A stretch of DNA of 64,000 bases from an uncultured Bacteroidales bacterium. GTDB lineage: Bacteria; Bacteroidota; Bacteroidia; Bacteroidales; JAGOPY01. The stretch covers positions 19,166-83,165 of the forward strand of contig CAWGKX010000008.1 of NCBI GenBank assembly GCA_963823285.1, in the 5' to 3' direction. Positions 1-11,344 of this stretch are shown piece after piece (the stretch's first letter is position 1; each line of letters starts with the position of its first letter). A program made the translations under genes and the position numbers. The notes under the pieces are model-generated. The model searched no databases. It saw only the letters and a program-made list of their open reading frames with translations, and was not told where the DNA came from.

Positions 1-61
1 ATGAAGCCAGATATTGGCTTATTGAATATAATAAGCTTGAGAGGATTATAAAGAATGAATA

Positions 62-454
62 TCAGCAGCGGAAACTGCCCAGGAATGCCGGTAAATCACC
101 GGCTTTATGAATAAGGAATTTTCGGATATCCGATATGGCAGACCAGGAGACTACCGGCTTCTGATCAGTCAATATTATTGAAAGAGATGCGAAAACTACC
201 CTGGAAAAAATCTTTGGGTGATCGGCATTAACTGCGGTACCATTGAATTCATCCGTCAGTTTGTTAAAACAGCTATGGTTGTGGCATTTATCACAGCCGC
301 TGCCGCAGCAAGATTCCGGAGTCGAAAATAAAGAACAGGAAATCAATGAAGCGCCGCAATAATGCCTGGTAATGGTAATTCCGCCGGTGGAAACCAACAG
401 GACAAATATTACCAATATATGGGCAACTTTTTTAAACATGATTATATCAGACAA
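62..454 (-). CDS. Small Cys-rich secreted protein, HYC_CC_PP-like family
   Basis: Hydrophobic N-terminus followed by RHYCG...ESCCGSGCDKCHNH; the start may be the Met of MFKK. Confidence 0.6.
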   Translation of the reverse strand: MSDIIMFKKVAHILVIFVLLVSTGGITITRHYCGASLISCSLFSTPESCCGSGCDKCHNHSCFNKLTDEFNGTAVNADHPKIFSRVVFASLSIILTDQKPVVSWSAISDIRKFLIHKAGDLPAFLGSFRC

Positions 455-518
455 TAATTTAACGAATAAATTTACAAAATGTTTTAGAAAATGATTTTTT
501 ATGAAAATCGACTTATAA

Positions 519-659
519 ATGCAAAGCCGGAATAATAAAAGCTACGAATTGCGCAATGAATTGAAGCCCGGGGACATCGGCCACCTGGTCTGGCTGCACG
601 GAACCCTGTACGATCATGAATATAATTTCGACAGGATCTTATCAATGTTTATTAAATAA
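519..659 (+). pseudogene. N-terminal fragment of a GNAT-type acetyltransferase
   Basis: Manual translation MQSRNNKSYELRNELKPGDIGHLVWLHGTLYDHEYNFDRILSMFIK*; the PGDIG..LHG.LY..EY.FD motif resembles GNAT N-termini; only 46 aa. Confidence 0.45.
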
Positions 660-714
660 TCCGCGTATATCTAAATAAATTAATTTTGATCACTTTAAAT
701 CATATTCTGTCAAC

Positions 715-3051
715 ATGAAAAAATTTACAATTCCTTTCTTCCTGATTTTCATCGCCGCATCCACTTTTGCCGGCACTATCAGTCATACATATTATTTCAA
801 TGATCCGTCGGTCAGACAGGTGGGCAGCTTCCAGGTGCTGGCATTTGAAAACACGCTGGTGACAGGGAAGGCAGGCGAACCTGCCCTGCCTTACCAGGCT
901 GTAAGGCTCCTGCTGCCTCCGGGGGAAGAAGCGGTGTCGGTAAATTACAGCTATGAAGATGAAAGTTTCCTGAATGGGACTTTCACCATCTACCCGCAGC
1001 AACCGTCCCGTCCCGTATCCTTGGGCAGCGATGGCATCTTCCACCAGGACGCGGAGATCTACTCCTCACAAAATGCATATCCTGCCAAAGCTTCAGGCGA
1101 ATTTTCGACGCATTTCATGAACGGGCACTCCTTCCTTCTTACGACTTTTACTCCTGTGAAATATATTCCGGCGGACGGCAAGGTTTCATTCTTCCAAAAA
1201 ATAACGATTACGGTAAAAACGCTCCCGACCGAAAAAGCGGCGCGCGCCCTGGCCAACCTGAATACATCCGCCGGTGTGAACAACCGTATCGGCGCCCTTG
1301 CCCAGAATGCTTCGATGATCTCAGCCTACCCTGCCAAAGATTTCAGGGACGGGGAATACCAGATCCTGATCATCACACCCCAGAGTTTTGCAGGCTATTA
1401 TCAAACCCTTAGTGATCTTTACCTGGTCAGGGGGCTTAAAACTGAGATCGTTACGAGCGAAAATATTGATGCTAACGGCACGGGTCAGGATCTGCAGGAA
1501 AAGATCAGGAATTACATTATCGGGGAATATCAAAGTCATGGCATTCAACATGTCCTCCTTGGTGGTGATGCCGAATTCATCCCCTTCCGCGGGTTTTATT
1601 GCATTGCCTATTCAAGCTCGACCTATGAAGACAGCAATATCCCGTCTGACCTGTATTATTCGGCCCTCGACGGGAACTGGAATACCGACGGTGACGGCTA
1701 CTGGGGTGAGATCGGGGAAGATGACCTGCTGCCCGAGGTGTCGGTTGCCCGTTTCACTGTAAGCTCAGTCGCACAGTTGCAGAGCCTCCTGCATAAGACC
1801 GTTCTCTACCAGGATGCACCTGTGCAGGGCGAACTCCGCAACATCCTCATGGCCGGCGAACAACTCTGGACCGATCCTCTTACCTATGGGGAAGATTATC
1901 TTGAGCTGCTGATCGGCCATCGTGAAGATAACGGTTATACCACTGACGGCATGCCCGAGGACCTGAACTTTACCAGGCTTTATGATTCCCAGGCTTCCTG
2001 GGGCGGTTACGACCTGATCAATTCCATCAACCAGGGAAAAACTTTTATTCATCATTCTGGCCATGCCAACGAGACCTACGTTATGCGGCTCTCCAATCCA
2101 GACATTACCAACGACAATTTTGCCCAGACGAACGGGACGGATCACAACTATCCCTTCATTTACACTCATGGTTGCCTGGACGGGGCTTTCGATTATAATG
2201 AATGCATCGGCGAAGCGATGGTCTCTATAGATAATTTTGCCGTGGGCGGCGCTTTTAATTCGAGATATGGCTGGTTTAACGAAGGACAGACAGAAGGCCC
2301 TTCGGCACATCTCCACCGGGAATTTGTCAATGCCCTGTATCATGACCAGGAAAGCAGGATGGGCATGGCACACCTGATCTCAAAGACAGAAACATCGGTA
2401 TGGGTCAATGCACCCGGCCAGTGGGAAGAAGGGGCGTTGCGCTGGTGCTTTTACGACTGCAACATCTTCGGCGACCCGGCTCTTGCTTTGTGGACCGACG
2501 AGCCGATCGGTATTGAGACTTCTTATCCTGGCAATATCCCCCCGGGAACAACATCCGTGCCTGTCACAGTGACCAGCAGCGGGCAACCGGCTATTGGCCT
2601 CATGTGCACTATCCTTTCCGAAGGTGTTATGCTTGGATCCGCCACGACCGATTCATCAGGGCAGGCTGTCATCATTATCCCAGGCGGTTTCTCAGATGTG
2701 ACCACCGCGGAGCTCATAGTCTCCGGGCACAATTGTCTTCCAAATCATTATGATCTCAATATCTCCGTCGGAGTCAATGAAATCAGCAACGGAACAACTG
2801 ACATCAAGGTCATGCCGAATCCCTTTACCGACCAGGTGAAACTGGTTTTTAAACTGGAAAAAGACTGCCAGGTCAGGATCAGGCTTTACCAGTCATCGGG
2901 CCAGGTCCTTGAAGAATTCGCCCTGAACGGAAGGGAAGGAAACAATGAATTTACCATGAACGCTGCAAAATGGCCGGACGGATTGATCCAGGCCAGGATT
3001 ATCTCCGGAAGCGAGGTCATTCATACACGGCTTATACATTTAAAGAAATAA
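715..3051 (+). CDS. C25 (gingipain-like) cysteine peptidase with propeptide and T9SS CTD
   Basis: Signal peptide, GEPALP propeptide motif, LLGGD, SDLYYSALDG, catalytic His (SGHAN) and Cys (HGCLDG), FGDP, VMPNPF CTD. Confidence 0.9.
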   Translation: MKKFTIPFFLIFIAASTFAGTISHTYYFNDPSVRQVGSFQVLAFENTLVTGKAGEPALPYQAVRLLLPPGEEAVSVNYSYEDESFLNGTFTIYPQQPSRPVSLGSDGIFHQDAEIYSSQNAYPAKASGEFSTHFMNGHSFLLTTFTPVKYIPADGKVSFFQKITITVKTLPTEKAARALANLNTSAGVNNRIGALAQNASMISAYPAKDFRDGEYQILIITPQSFAGYYQTLSDLYLVRGLKTEIVTSENIDANGTGQDLQEKIRNYIIGEYQSHGIQHVLLGGDAEFIPFRGFYCIAYSSSTYEDSNIPSDLYYSALDGNWNTDGDGYWGEIGEDDLLPEVSVARFTVSSVAQLQSLLHKTVLYQDAPVQGELRNILMAGEQLWTDPLTYGEDYLELLIGHREDNGYTTDGMPEDLNFTRLYDSQASWGGYDLINSINQGKTFIHHSGHANETYVMRLSNPDITNDNFAQTNGTDHNYPFIYTHGCLDGAFDYNECIGEAMVSIDNFAVGGAFNSRYGWFNEGQTEGPSAHLHREFVNALYHDQESRMGMAHLISKTETSVWVNAPGQWEEGALRWCFYDCNIFGDPALALWTDEPIGIETSYPGNIPPGTTSVPVTVTSSGQPAIGLMCTILSEGVMLGSATTDSSGQAVIIIPGGFSDVTTAELIVSGHNCLPNHYDLNISVGVNEISNGTTDIKVMPNPFTDQVKLVFKLEKDCQVRIRLYQSSGQVLEEFALNGREGNNEFTMNAAKWPDGLIQARIISGSEVIHTRLIHLKK

Positions 3052-3162
3052 ATATTTCAATATTTTATTTTACACCTCTTCTTTGAACTAATTTTGTAGT
3101 GATTCTTTTATTTTAAGTCTTTTACATATTGATATTCAATTTATCTCCTTAAGCCAGCTATT

Positions 3163-6100
3163 ATGAAAAGGACGTGGCTTTTTCTCTACATCGCTCTATT
3201 CAGTGCTGCCTGGACTAATGCTCAGACATATACCTTCACCGACTCGTGGGACAAAGAAGGATACAACCTCAAATCCGAGAGCCCGCAAAGTATCGTTTTA
3301 AAATACTCTGTCACGAAATTCACCCTGGATGACATTGATATCCGGGGTGAGGCGATGAAAGTGATCAGGCTCGGCAGTCATTTCCTGCCGGGAGACGAAG
3401 GCATGCCCGACCTTCCCGGCAGCGGGAGGTATATTGCCCTGCCGCAGGGCGCCAGGCCCGTCCTTCATATCAAATCCCTCAGAAAAGAAGTTTATCGCGA
3501 TGTCAACATAGCTCCCGCCCCAAGGATCCCGAAAGAAAATGAAAGTGGCCCGCTGGATTACGGCAAAAACACAAAGATATATTCTGCCGATGCTTTTTAT
3601 CCGGCAGAACCGATAAAGCTTTCGGAAGTGACACAGGTTCGGGGTGTCGATGCTGTTATCCTGGGCATAACGCCATTTCAGTACAACCCGGTGACAAAGG
3701 AACTGGTTGTTTACAGGGATATTGAAGTCGAAGTGGAATTTGAAGGAGGGAACGGACAATTTGGAGACAGCAGGCTGCGCAGCCGCTGGTGGGACACGTT
3801 GCTCTCCGATATATTCATTAACTATGATCAACTTCCGTCTGTCGATTATTCGAGCAGGCAGTTCGCAGGTGGCAGTCGGGCGACAGGCTATGAGTACCTG
3901 ATCATCTGCCCGGATAACCCTGATTTCCTCAGCTGGGCCGATTCCATCCGTGTATTCCGCACGATGCAGGGAATTTACACGGGCGTTGTGACCACGACAG
4001 ACGTCGGGGGCAATACAACAGACGCCATTGAAAACTATGTGGATAATGCCTACCAGACCTGGGATATTCCGCCCGCAGCAGTTTTGCTCATGGGAGATTA
4101 CGGAACTTCATACAACACCATCGTTTCGCCGGTATGGGATGATTATTGCGTCTCCGACCATATCTATGCCGACGTCAATAACGATGATCAGGAGGAGATA
4201 GTCTTCGCCCGGATGACTGCCAGAAATGCCGCCGAGCTGGGCGTGATGGTCAGGAAGGCCATCGATTATGAGACCCATCCGCCTACCAATCCTGACTTTT
4301 ACAACCACCCGGTAACTGCCCTGGGATGGCAGACGGAGCGCTGGTTCCAGATCTGCTCGGAAGTCGTCGGGGGTTATTTTAAGAACGTGCAGGGAAAAGA
4401 ACCGGTCCGCATCAACTCTGTTTATTCCGGCGATCCGTCCATCGATCCCTGGTCCACCGCTACCAATACCTCGACCGTAATGGATTATTTCGGGCCTGCA
4501 GGATTGAATTATCTTCCTGCCACCCCGGCCGAACTTGGCGGTTTTACGGGTGGCACCCCGGCACAGGTCAATGATGCCCTGAATTCAGGGTCCTTTCTCC
4601 TGCAGCACAGGGACCATGGCTTTGAATACGGCTGGGGAGAACCTGCCTATACGAGCGATAATATTTCAGGCCTTACCAATACCGATCTAAGTTTCATATT
4701 CTCGATCAATTGCCTTACGGGAAAATATAACGGCCCCGAGTGCTTTGCTGAAAAATTCCACCGTTACACATATAACGGGGAACCGGCGGGTGCGCTCGGA
4801 CTGATTGCCGCTTCAGAAACTTCTTATTCATTCGTGAACGATGTCTATGTCTGGGGTGTCTTCGACAATATGTTCCCGGATTTTATGCCGTCTTTCGGGA
4901 CCACGCCGCCTTCCAGGGGCATGCTGCCGGCTTTCGGCAATGCGGCCGGTAAATACTTCCTCAAATATTCAAGCTGGCCTTATAATACGGAAAGTAAGGA
5001 AGTTACTTATAATCTCTTCCACGATTTCGGGGATGCCTTTACCTGCCTTTATTCTGAAGTCCCGCAAAACCTGGCAGTCATCCACGATCAGGTCCAGCTG
5101 GCCGGTTTAGCGACTTTCACCATTCAGGCTGACGAAGGTTCCCTTGTCGCGCTTTCTGTAAACGGTGAACTGATAGGGACCGGCACGGGAACGGGTTCGC
5201 CTGCCGACATTCCCATCATAGCCCAGAATCCTCCGGATTTCATTGACGTCATAGTTACAAAGGCGAATTATTACCGTTATCATGCCACGGTCCAGGTTAT
5301 ACCGCCAAATGGCCCTTACGTGGTGACCGATTCTTACATTGTGAACGATATTTCGGGGAACAATAACGAAAAACTGGATTATGGCGAGACTGTAAACCTG
5401 GATGTTACACTTAAAAACCTGGGCAATGACGACGCCGAAAATGTAACGGCAACTATTTCAAGCGGGGACGAATATGTGACCATCATTGCTGATTCTACAG
5501 CAGCAGGCACGATCCTCTCCGGCCAGACAGCTTTTTTGCCCGGCGCATTTACTATAAAGGCCGCTGATAATATTCCCAACGGGCATAATATCCTGTTCCA
5601 CATGCAGGCTTCCAATGGGAACGCAGTGTGGAACAGTTCCTTCATCATTAAAGCATTCGCTCCCATCCTAAAATATCTGGAGGTTACGGTTTCCGATACG
5701 GATGGCAATAACAATAACCGCCTTGATCCTGGCGAAACGGCTGACCTGGTCGTTTCCATTACCAATAAAGGTTCTTCAGATGCTCATGGCGTTTATGGCC
5801 ATATTGTCACTGATGATCCTCTTATCGGCCTAATATCCGACTCGGTGATGTTTGGAGAAATCCCGCAAAACTCCATCGTTACACAGACATTCAGGGTAAG
5901 CGCGGCAGTCATCACCCCCCCGGGGCACAATTCAGATTTCAACGTCGACTTTTCGGGCAATATGGGCATCCATGCGACCGGCGAGTTTTCACTGATAGTA
6001 GGGCTTTTCCCGGTCCTTGTCCTGGACCTTGACGGCAATTCCAATTCGGGTAACAAGATAAAAACCGCTATTGACAACTGGCGGGTCTTTGCCGAATATT

Positions 6101-7713
6101 CCCAGGCCATTCCCGCCGACCTCAGTCAGTACAACACTATTTTCCTTTGCCTGGGGACATATAATACAAATCATATACTTACCGGCGATGAATCATCTCC
6201 TTTCGTTGATTTCCTCAACAATGGAGGGAACCTTTACATGGAAGGGGGCGACACCTGGTATTATGACCAGATTTACAATCCGACTTCCCTGCACCCGATG
6301 TTCAATATTGACGGTCTGAACGATGGCGCCTCCGACCTGGCAGGTATTTCGGGCGTACCAGGCACCATGACGGAAGGGCTGAATTTCTCTTTCAACGGAG
6401 ACAACAATTATATAGACCATATTGCGCCTGTAGATCCGGCTTACATCATTTTTAGCAACACAACGCCGGCTTATGATGTGGCGATTGCGCATGATGCCGG
6501 GACTTATAAGACGATCGGCTCTTCTTACGAATTCGGGGGACTGATAGATAACCTGAACAGCACCAGGAAGAACCTTATGCTGAAATACCTGAACTTTTTC
6601 GGGATGACCCCCATTTCCGGAATACCTGAAACTCCTGTCGGTGATACCGTGGTTTGCGGAGACATATTATCAGGCAGTTATTCGACCCAGCCGGTTCCCA
6701 ATGCCAACTATTACATCTGGGAGCTGAATCCTCCCGGTGCCGGAACAGTCGATGGATGGGGCACGGAAGTTACCGTTAACTGGACCCCGGAGTATGCCGG
6801 CGATGCCACCCTGAGGGTCTGCGGGATGAACCCGAGCGGGTTGGGGCCATTATCCACAAGCATTTTGATCCGGCGTTTTGCCTTGCCTGATGCCGAAATC
6901 TCTTTTTCCGATACCACTATCTGCCAGGGCGACACGACTTTCGTGACCATCCACATGACAGGGGATTCGCCGTGGCATCTTGTCTTAAGCCTTGGTGGTT
7001 ATCCGGTTCCGATTGATTATAACAGGCCTGACATTAATGGAATGCCGCTCAGTCCTACAGAAGATATTGAGGTTGCGATCCTGTCGGTGACAGATGCGAC
7101 CGGGTGCGTGAAGACCGGTTTCGGGTCAACGATGATACATGTTCTACCATTGCCGGCAACCGCAGCCAATCCAACCGGTCCGGAATATATCGACTTATTT
7201 GATACGACCCAGGCTGTTTACAATACTTCCGGCTCGGATTCTTCCAATTTCTATGAATGGGTATTACAACCCCCTGAAGCCGGTGTACTTACTGTCAGCG
7301 GGATCGGCCTGGACTGCACTGTAAGCTGGGACACTGCTTTCACCGGGCAGGCAAGCCTGAAAGTGAGGGGGATCAATGATTGCGGGGAAGGCGATTATTC
7401 AGATCCCATTGCCGTGAATGTCACCAATACTTTTGGCATTGATGAAAATGAAAGCGGATTGGGCATCATTGTATATCCGAATCCAAATAATGGAAATTTC
7501 CATGTACAGCTTACCGCAAATAAATTAACAAAGGCTAAATTAATACTGTTATCGGCTGCAGGAGATCCTGTCTGGGGCCCGGCCGGGGTTGAGATCGACC
7601 ATAGACTTATTCTCCCATTGAATTTGGCTACTCTTTCTGAAGGAATTTATTTGCTTCAGGTTGAAACAAATCTGGGAATCAGCAACCGAAAAATCATATT
7701 AAAAAATAATTAA
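3163..7713 (+). CDS. Large C25 cysteine peptidase, multi-domain, T9SS CTD
   Basis: GMPDLP propeptide, LLMGD, HRDHG and SINCLTG catalytic motifs, repeated GNNNxxLDxGET Ig-like modules, VYPNPNNG CTD. Confidence 0.9.
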   Translation: MKRTWLFLYIALFSAAWTNAQTYTFTDSWDKEGYNLKSESPQSIVLKYSVTKFTLDDIDIRGEAMKVIRLGSHFLPGDEGMPDLPGSGRYIALPQGARPVLHIKSLRKEVYRDVNIAPAPRIPKENESGPLDYGKNTKIYSADAFYPAEPIKLSEVTQVRGVDAVILGITPFQYNPVTKELVVYRDIEVEVEFEGGNGQFGDSRLRSRWWDTLLSDIFINYDQLPSVDYSSRQFAGGSRATGYEYLIICPDNPDFLSWADSIRVFRTMQGIYTGVVTTTDVGGNTTDAIENYVDNAYQTWDIPPAAVLLMGDYGTSYNTIVSPVWDDYCVSDHIYADVNNDDQEEIVFARMTARNAAELGVMVRKAIDYETHPPTNPDFYNHPVTALGWQTERWFQICSEVVGGYFKNVQGKEPVRINSVYSGDPSIDPWSTATNTSTVMDYFGPAGLNYLPATPAELGGFTGGTPAQVNDALNSGSFLLQHRDHGFEYGWGEPAYTSDNISGLTNTDLSFIFSINCLTGKYNGPECFAEKFHRYTYNGEPAGALGLIAASETSYSFVNDVYVWGVFDNMFPDFMPSFGTTPPSRGMLPAFGNAAGKYFLKYSSWPYNTESKEVTYNLFHDFGDAFTCLYSEVPQNLAVIHDQVQLAGLATFTIQADEGSLVALSVNGELIGTGTGTGSPADIPIIAQNPPDFIDVIVTKANYYRYHATVQVIPPNGPYVVTDSYIVNDISGNNNEKLDYGETVNLDVTLKNLGNDDAENVTATISSGDEYVTIIADSTAAGTILSGQTAFLPGAFTIKAADNIPNGHNILFHMQASNGNAVWNSSFIIKAFAPILKYLEVTVSDTDGNNNNRLDPGETADLVVSITNKGSSDAHGVYGHIVTDDPLIGLISDSVMFGEIPQNSIVTQTFRVSAAVITPPGHNSDFNVDFSGNMGIHATGEFSLIVGLFPVLVLDLDGNSNSGNKIKTAIDNWRVFAEYSQAIPADLSQYNTIFLCLGTYNTNHILTGDESSPFVDFLNNGGNLYMEGGDTWYYDQIYNPTSLHPMFNIDGLNDGASDLAGISGVPGTMTEGLNFSFNGDNNYIDHIAPVDPAYIIFSNTTPAYDVAIAHDAGTYKTIGSSYEFGGLIDNLNSTRKNLMLKYLNFFGMTPISGIPETPVGDTVVCGDILSGSYSTQPVPNANYYIWELNPPGAGTVDGWGTEVTVNWTPEYAGDATLRVCGMNPSGLGPLSTSILIRRFALPDAEISFSDTTICQGDTTFVTIHMTGDSPWHLVLSLGGYPVPIDYNRPDINGMPLSPTEDIEVAILSVTDATGCVKTGFGSTMIHVLPLPATAANPTGPEYIDLFDTTQAVYNTSGSDSSNFYEWVLQPPEAGVLTVSGIGLDCTVSWDTAFTGQASLKVRGINDCGEGDYSDPIAVNVTNTFGIDENESGLGIIVYPNPNNGNFHVQLTANKLTKAKLILLSAAGDPVWGPAGVEIDHRLILPLNLATLSEGIYLLQVETNLGISNRKIILKNN

Positions 7714-7741
7714 TTTTGCAACATCTCTAAACCAATCGACA

Positions 7742-9223
7742 ATGAAAAAATTTACTTTTCTTTTAGTGTGTCTTCTCTCTGTGTCTGCTTTAATGGCGCA
7801 GGTTACGAGGGATAAAGTTATAGTTGAAATTGGCACAGGCACATGGTGCCAGTACTGCCCCGGCGCCGCCATGGGAGCCGATGACCTGATCGAAAACGGA
7901 TGGCCGTGTGCGATCATTGAAAATCATAATGGCGACATCTTTGCAAACAATTATTCCAATGCCAGAAATTCTTTCTACGGGATTACCGGGTATCCGACTG
8001 CTTTTTTTGACGGTGGAAGTCCCGTCGTTGGCGGGAGCCATACCGAAAGCATGTATTCGTCATACTGGCCGAGGGTGCAGACAAGAATGAATATTCCATC
8101 GCCTGTAACGATAGAAGTTTACGGAACCCACACCGGGCTGACTTACAATGTTTCCGTTACAGTCACCAAGGTAGCTAACATCACCGGCTCAAACATCAAG
8201 CTTCAGTTAGTCCTGACCGAATCACACATAGTTTATGCGTGGCAGGGAATGAGCGAATGTAATTTCGTGGAACGCCTGATGGCGCCGGATCAAAACGGAA
8301 CCACCCTGAATTTTGACAACAGCGACGTGCTTGAAATTCCGCTTACGTTTAATATTCAGGCGGGCTGGAGCGTGCCCAACATGGAGCTCGTAGCATTCGT
8401 GCAAACCAATTCAAATAAAGAAATCCTTAACGGGTATAAAGTGAAGCTGGCTTTCCTTGCGCCGCCACCGCCGCCATTAGCTGCTTCATTTATTTCGGAT
8501 ACGACCACATGTGCAACCTCACAGTTACAGTTTACCGACCAGTCTGCCGGAAACCCCACCGGCTGGTACTGGGAGTTCCCGGGCGGAACACCTGACTCTT
8601 CCAGGGAGCAAAATCCTCTTATCGCCTACAACACTCCCGGCAAATATGATGTTACCCTGATAGTATCCAGAGGCAACAACAGCGATACATCTTACATGGC
8701 TGATTATATCGACGTATTTGAACTTCCGGTAGTTACCTTTGGTACCCTCGACGATGTATGTCTTTACGATGAACCATTCGAACTGACACAGGGGGCGCCC
8801 GAGGGTGGGGTTTATTCAGGCCTCGGCGTTTCAGATGGCTTTTTCCACCCATTGAATGCTCATGCAGGTACGCACGTGCTAACCTACACGTATACCGATA
8901 CAATCGGCTGCGTGAATTTTGCCGAATCGACGATTTACGTGGATGCCTGCACCGGCGTGCCGGAAAACAAGGAAGTGCAGATTGTAACGCTGCCCAATCC
9001 TACCCAGGGCTCGTTCAAGCTTGGCGTGACAAATCTGGAAGACATCGTTAACATAAAGATCATCAACTCAACAGGCAAGACCGTTTACCGGAAAGATAAT
9101 GTCCAGGTCAGCGGCAATTACAACACGATGATCGATCTTTCAGCTAATTCAAACGGGATTTATTACATCCAGGTCGAAGGCAAAAAATCGACCTATTCAA
9201 GGAAGGTCATCTTGCAGAAATAA
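7742..9223 (+). CDS. Omp28-related thioredoxin-fold protein with PKD domain and T9SS CTD
   Basis: GTWCQYCP CxxC, GYPT, PPPPP linker, WYWEFPGG/YNTPGKYDVTL PKD motifs, LPNPTQG CTD. Confidence 0.85.
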   Translation: MKKFTFLLVCLLSVSALMAQVTRDKVIVEIGTGTWCQYCPGAAMGADDLIENGWPCAIIENHNGDIFANNYSNARNSFYGITGYPTAFFDGGSPVVGGSHTESMYSSYWPRVQTRMNIPSPVTIEVYGTHTGLTYNVSVTVTKVANITGSNIKLQLVLTESHIVYAWQGMSECNFVERLMAPDQNGTTLNFDNSDVLEIPLTFNIQAGWSVPNMELVAFVQTNSNKEILNGYKVKLAFLAPPPPPLAASFISDTTTCATSQLQFTDQSAGNPTGWYWEFPGGTPDSSREQNPLIAYNTPGKYDVTLIVSRGNNSDTSYMADYIDVFELPVVTFGTLDDVCLYDEPFELTQGAPEGGVYSGLGVSDGFFHPLNAHAGTHVLTYTYTDTIGCVNFAESTIYVDACTGVPENKEVQIVTLPNPTQGSFKLGVTNLEDIVNIKIINSTGKTVYRKDNVQVSGNYNTMIDLSANSNGIYYIQVEGKKSTYSRKVILQK

Positions 9224-9249
9224 TAAGGCATATACATGATAGATTTTCA

Positions 9250-9282
9250 GGCCCCGGGCATTGAGTCCGGGGTTTTTTATTT
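9250..9282 (+). terminator. Probable intrinsic terminator
   Basis: GGCCCCGGGC-loop-GTCCGGGGTT hairpin followed by a T-run, just after the Omp28-like gene. Confidence 0.7.
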
Positions 9283-9486
9283 CCGGATCCTTCCGCATTT
9301 GCTCATTATGCATTGGACATCCGCAATTTAATCCTTTCAATAAGTTTCATATCTCCGTAAATCTTATTAACATTCAATATATATTACTGAAAGTTAATAA
9401 CATATCGTATCAACTACCCTCCTGTTTCCGGATTAATAGTCAAAGACTAACCAATTCTGATTTTAAATCTCAAAACCAAATGCGCC

Positions 9487-11344
9487 ATGAAAAATTTATT
9501 AATTACTTTGATCGTGTCGTTTTCGATTTATTTGGCTCCGATAAAAATCTACAGCCAGGAATTACAAATTAATAGTAAATTTACGAATGACACGATAATC
9601 TTTCCTTTTAGAAACATTGAAAACATCAGTAGCATTACCATGGAAGGAAATGTGCATTTAAATAATGATACGAGTATGGTAAGGGTGGTCCTGGAAGATG
9701 AAAACGGTTTCCAGTATATGATATTCGAAACTTATTCACTGATTTGCCCAAATCTATTTATTGAAGTTAACAGTCACTGTGATGAGACCTGCTTGCTGGA
9801 CCAGGTAAATCCGTATTCAATTATAATTCAAGTCATTGATGCAGAGTTGAATTTGAAAAATTTTTATTATACGACTGAACCGAAAGAAAATTCCTCAGAG
9901 GAACGTTACAAAGCTAAAAGGTCCCTGGACGCAAATAAAATTGAAGTGATGAATCAGCTTATCCCATCTTATAATATGAACTGGACCGCGGGTGATAATG
10001 ATATTGTAGCCGAGTATTATGATCAGAAAAAACTCATGTTTGGAGATGGATATAATTTGCGCGGATATGATTATTATTCCGATGGTGTTTTTGAATTTCT
10101 TGGTCACAGGAATTATACGAAAGTTGACCCGCATATGGTATGGAAGTTCGATTGGAGGGACCGACATGGTGTAAATGATCCTTCATCTCGTTATTGGAAT
10201 GGGGATTCGGATAAAGCTGGGTGGTTGACGGGAGCTAAAAAACAAAAAAATTGCAAAAGTTGTTGGGCATTTGCGGCCTCAGGAGTAACTGAAGCTATCG
10301 CTAACCTTTATTCGGCGCAACATATTGATTATAATTTATCAGAGCAAGATTTATTATGTAATAGTGATGTTGAAGGATCTTGCACGGGCAGTTCTCTTAA
10401 TCCCTCTACAGTTTTTTTATTCATTAAAAATACAGGATTGATAACTGAAGATTGTTATCCTTATGATACAGTACTTTATGATTCTTCATGTCATACTATT
10501 TTGCCCTGTACGAATCCTAATCCTATTGTTAAAATATCAGATACAATGTATTTTGAAACGGAAAATGAAAAAAATTTTGATAGTATAAGAAAAGAATTAA
10601 TTAATAAGGGACCATTAAAAATTTCATATCCACTTTCCGGAACTACAAATCATGCGGTTGTCCTTGCAGGTTTTGAGTTTAACAACAAAGATTCGACATT
10701 GACCTGGATTATTAAAAATAGCTGGGGAAGTGGAGGACCAAACAAAGGATTTGAAAAACTAAAACTTGAATATTTCAATCATGCTTTTGCAGTGATTCCT
10801 CCGATAATTGAGAACGATACTGCACTGATTGTATCCTGTCAGGATTATGACCATGATGGATATTATTTCTGGGGGATAGGACCAAGGCCAGATACCTTAG
10901 ACAGTCTGGCAATTGAGGATTGCGATGATAACAATCCTTTTGTCGGAGGATATGATGAAAATTATAACTGCAGTTGCATTTTTGAAATGGATTCCGTATC
11001 GCATCACATTACCGCTGATACGAACTGGTCCGACACAACCTATGTAAATTATGAGGTCATTGTTGATCAAAACCACGAATATTAAAGAAGAAAAGCTAAG
11101 GTTATTCCCGAATCCAGCTGGGGATTATGTCATTACCTGTTATGATCTCGAACCTAAATATCAGTCGGGTGAAATTCAACTTTTCGATTTGAAAGGTAAT
11201 TTGTTAAGAAGTTATTACATCAATAACGGAAAGGATCAAATTGTGATTGATCTGAAAGCTTTGCCTAATGGATTTTATATGATTTCCTTGAATTCGAGTA
11301 ATCAGGTGATTGATAACAAGAAACTGAGTAAAGGGGGAAAATGA
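9487..11344 (+). pseudogene. Papain-like C1 peptidase with T9SS CTD, disrupted (catalytic part 9487-11085; CTD in another frame 11051-11344)
   Basis: QKNCKSCWAF, NHAVVLAG and KNSWG triad motifs; LFPNPAG CTD in a different frame after ~11075; AT-rich. Confidence 0.75.
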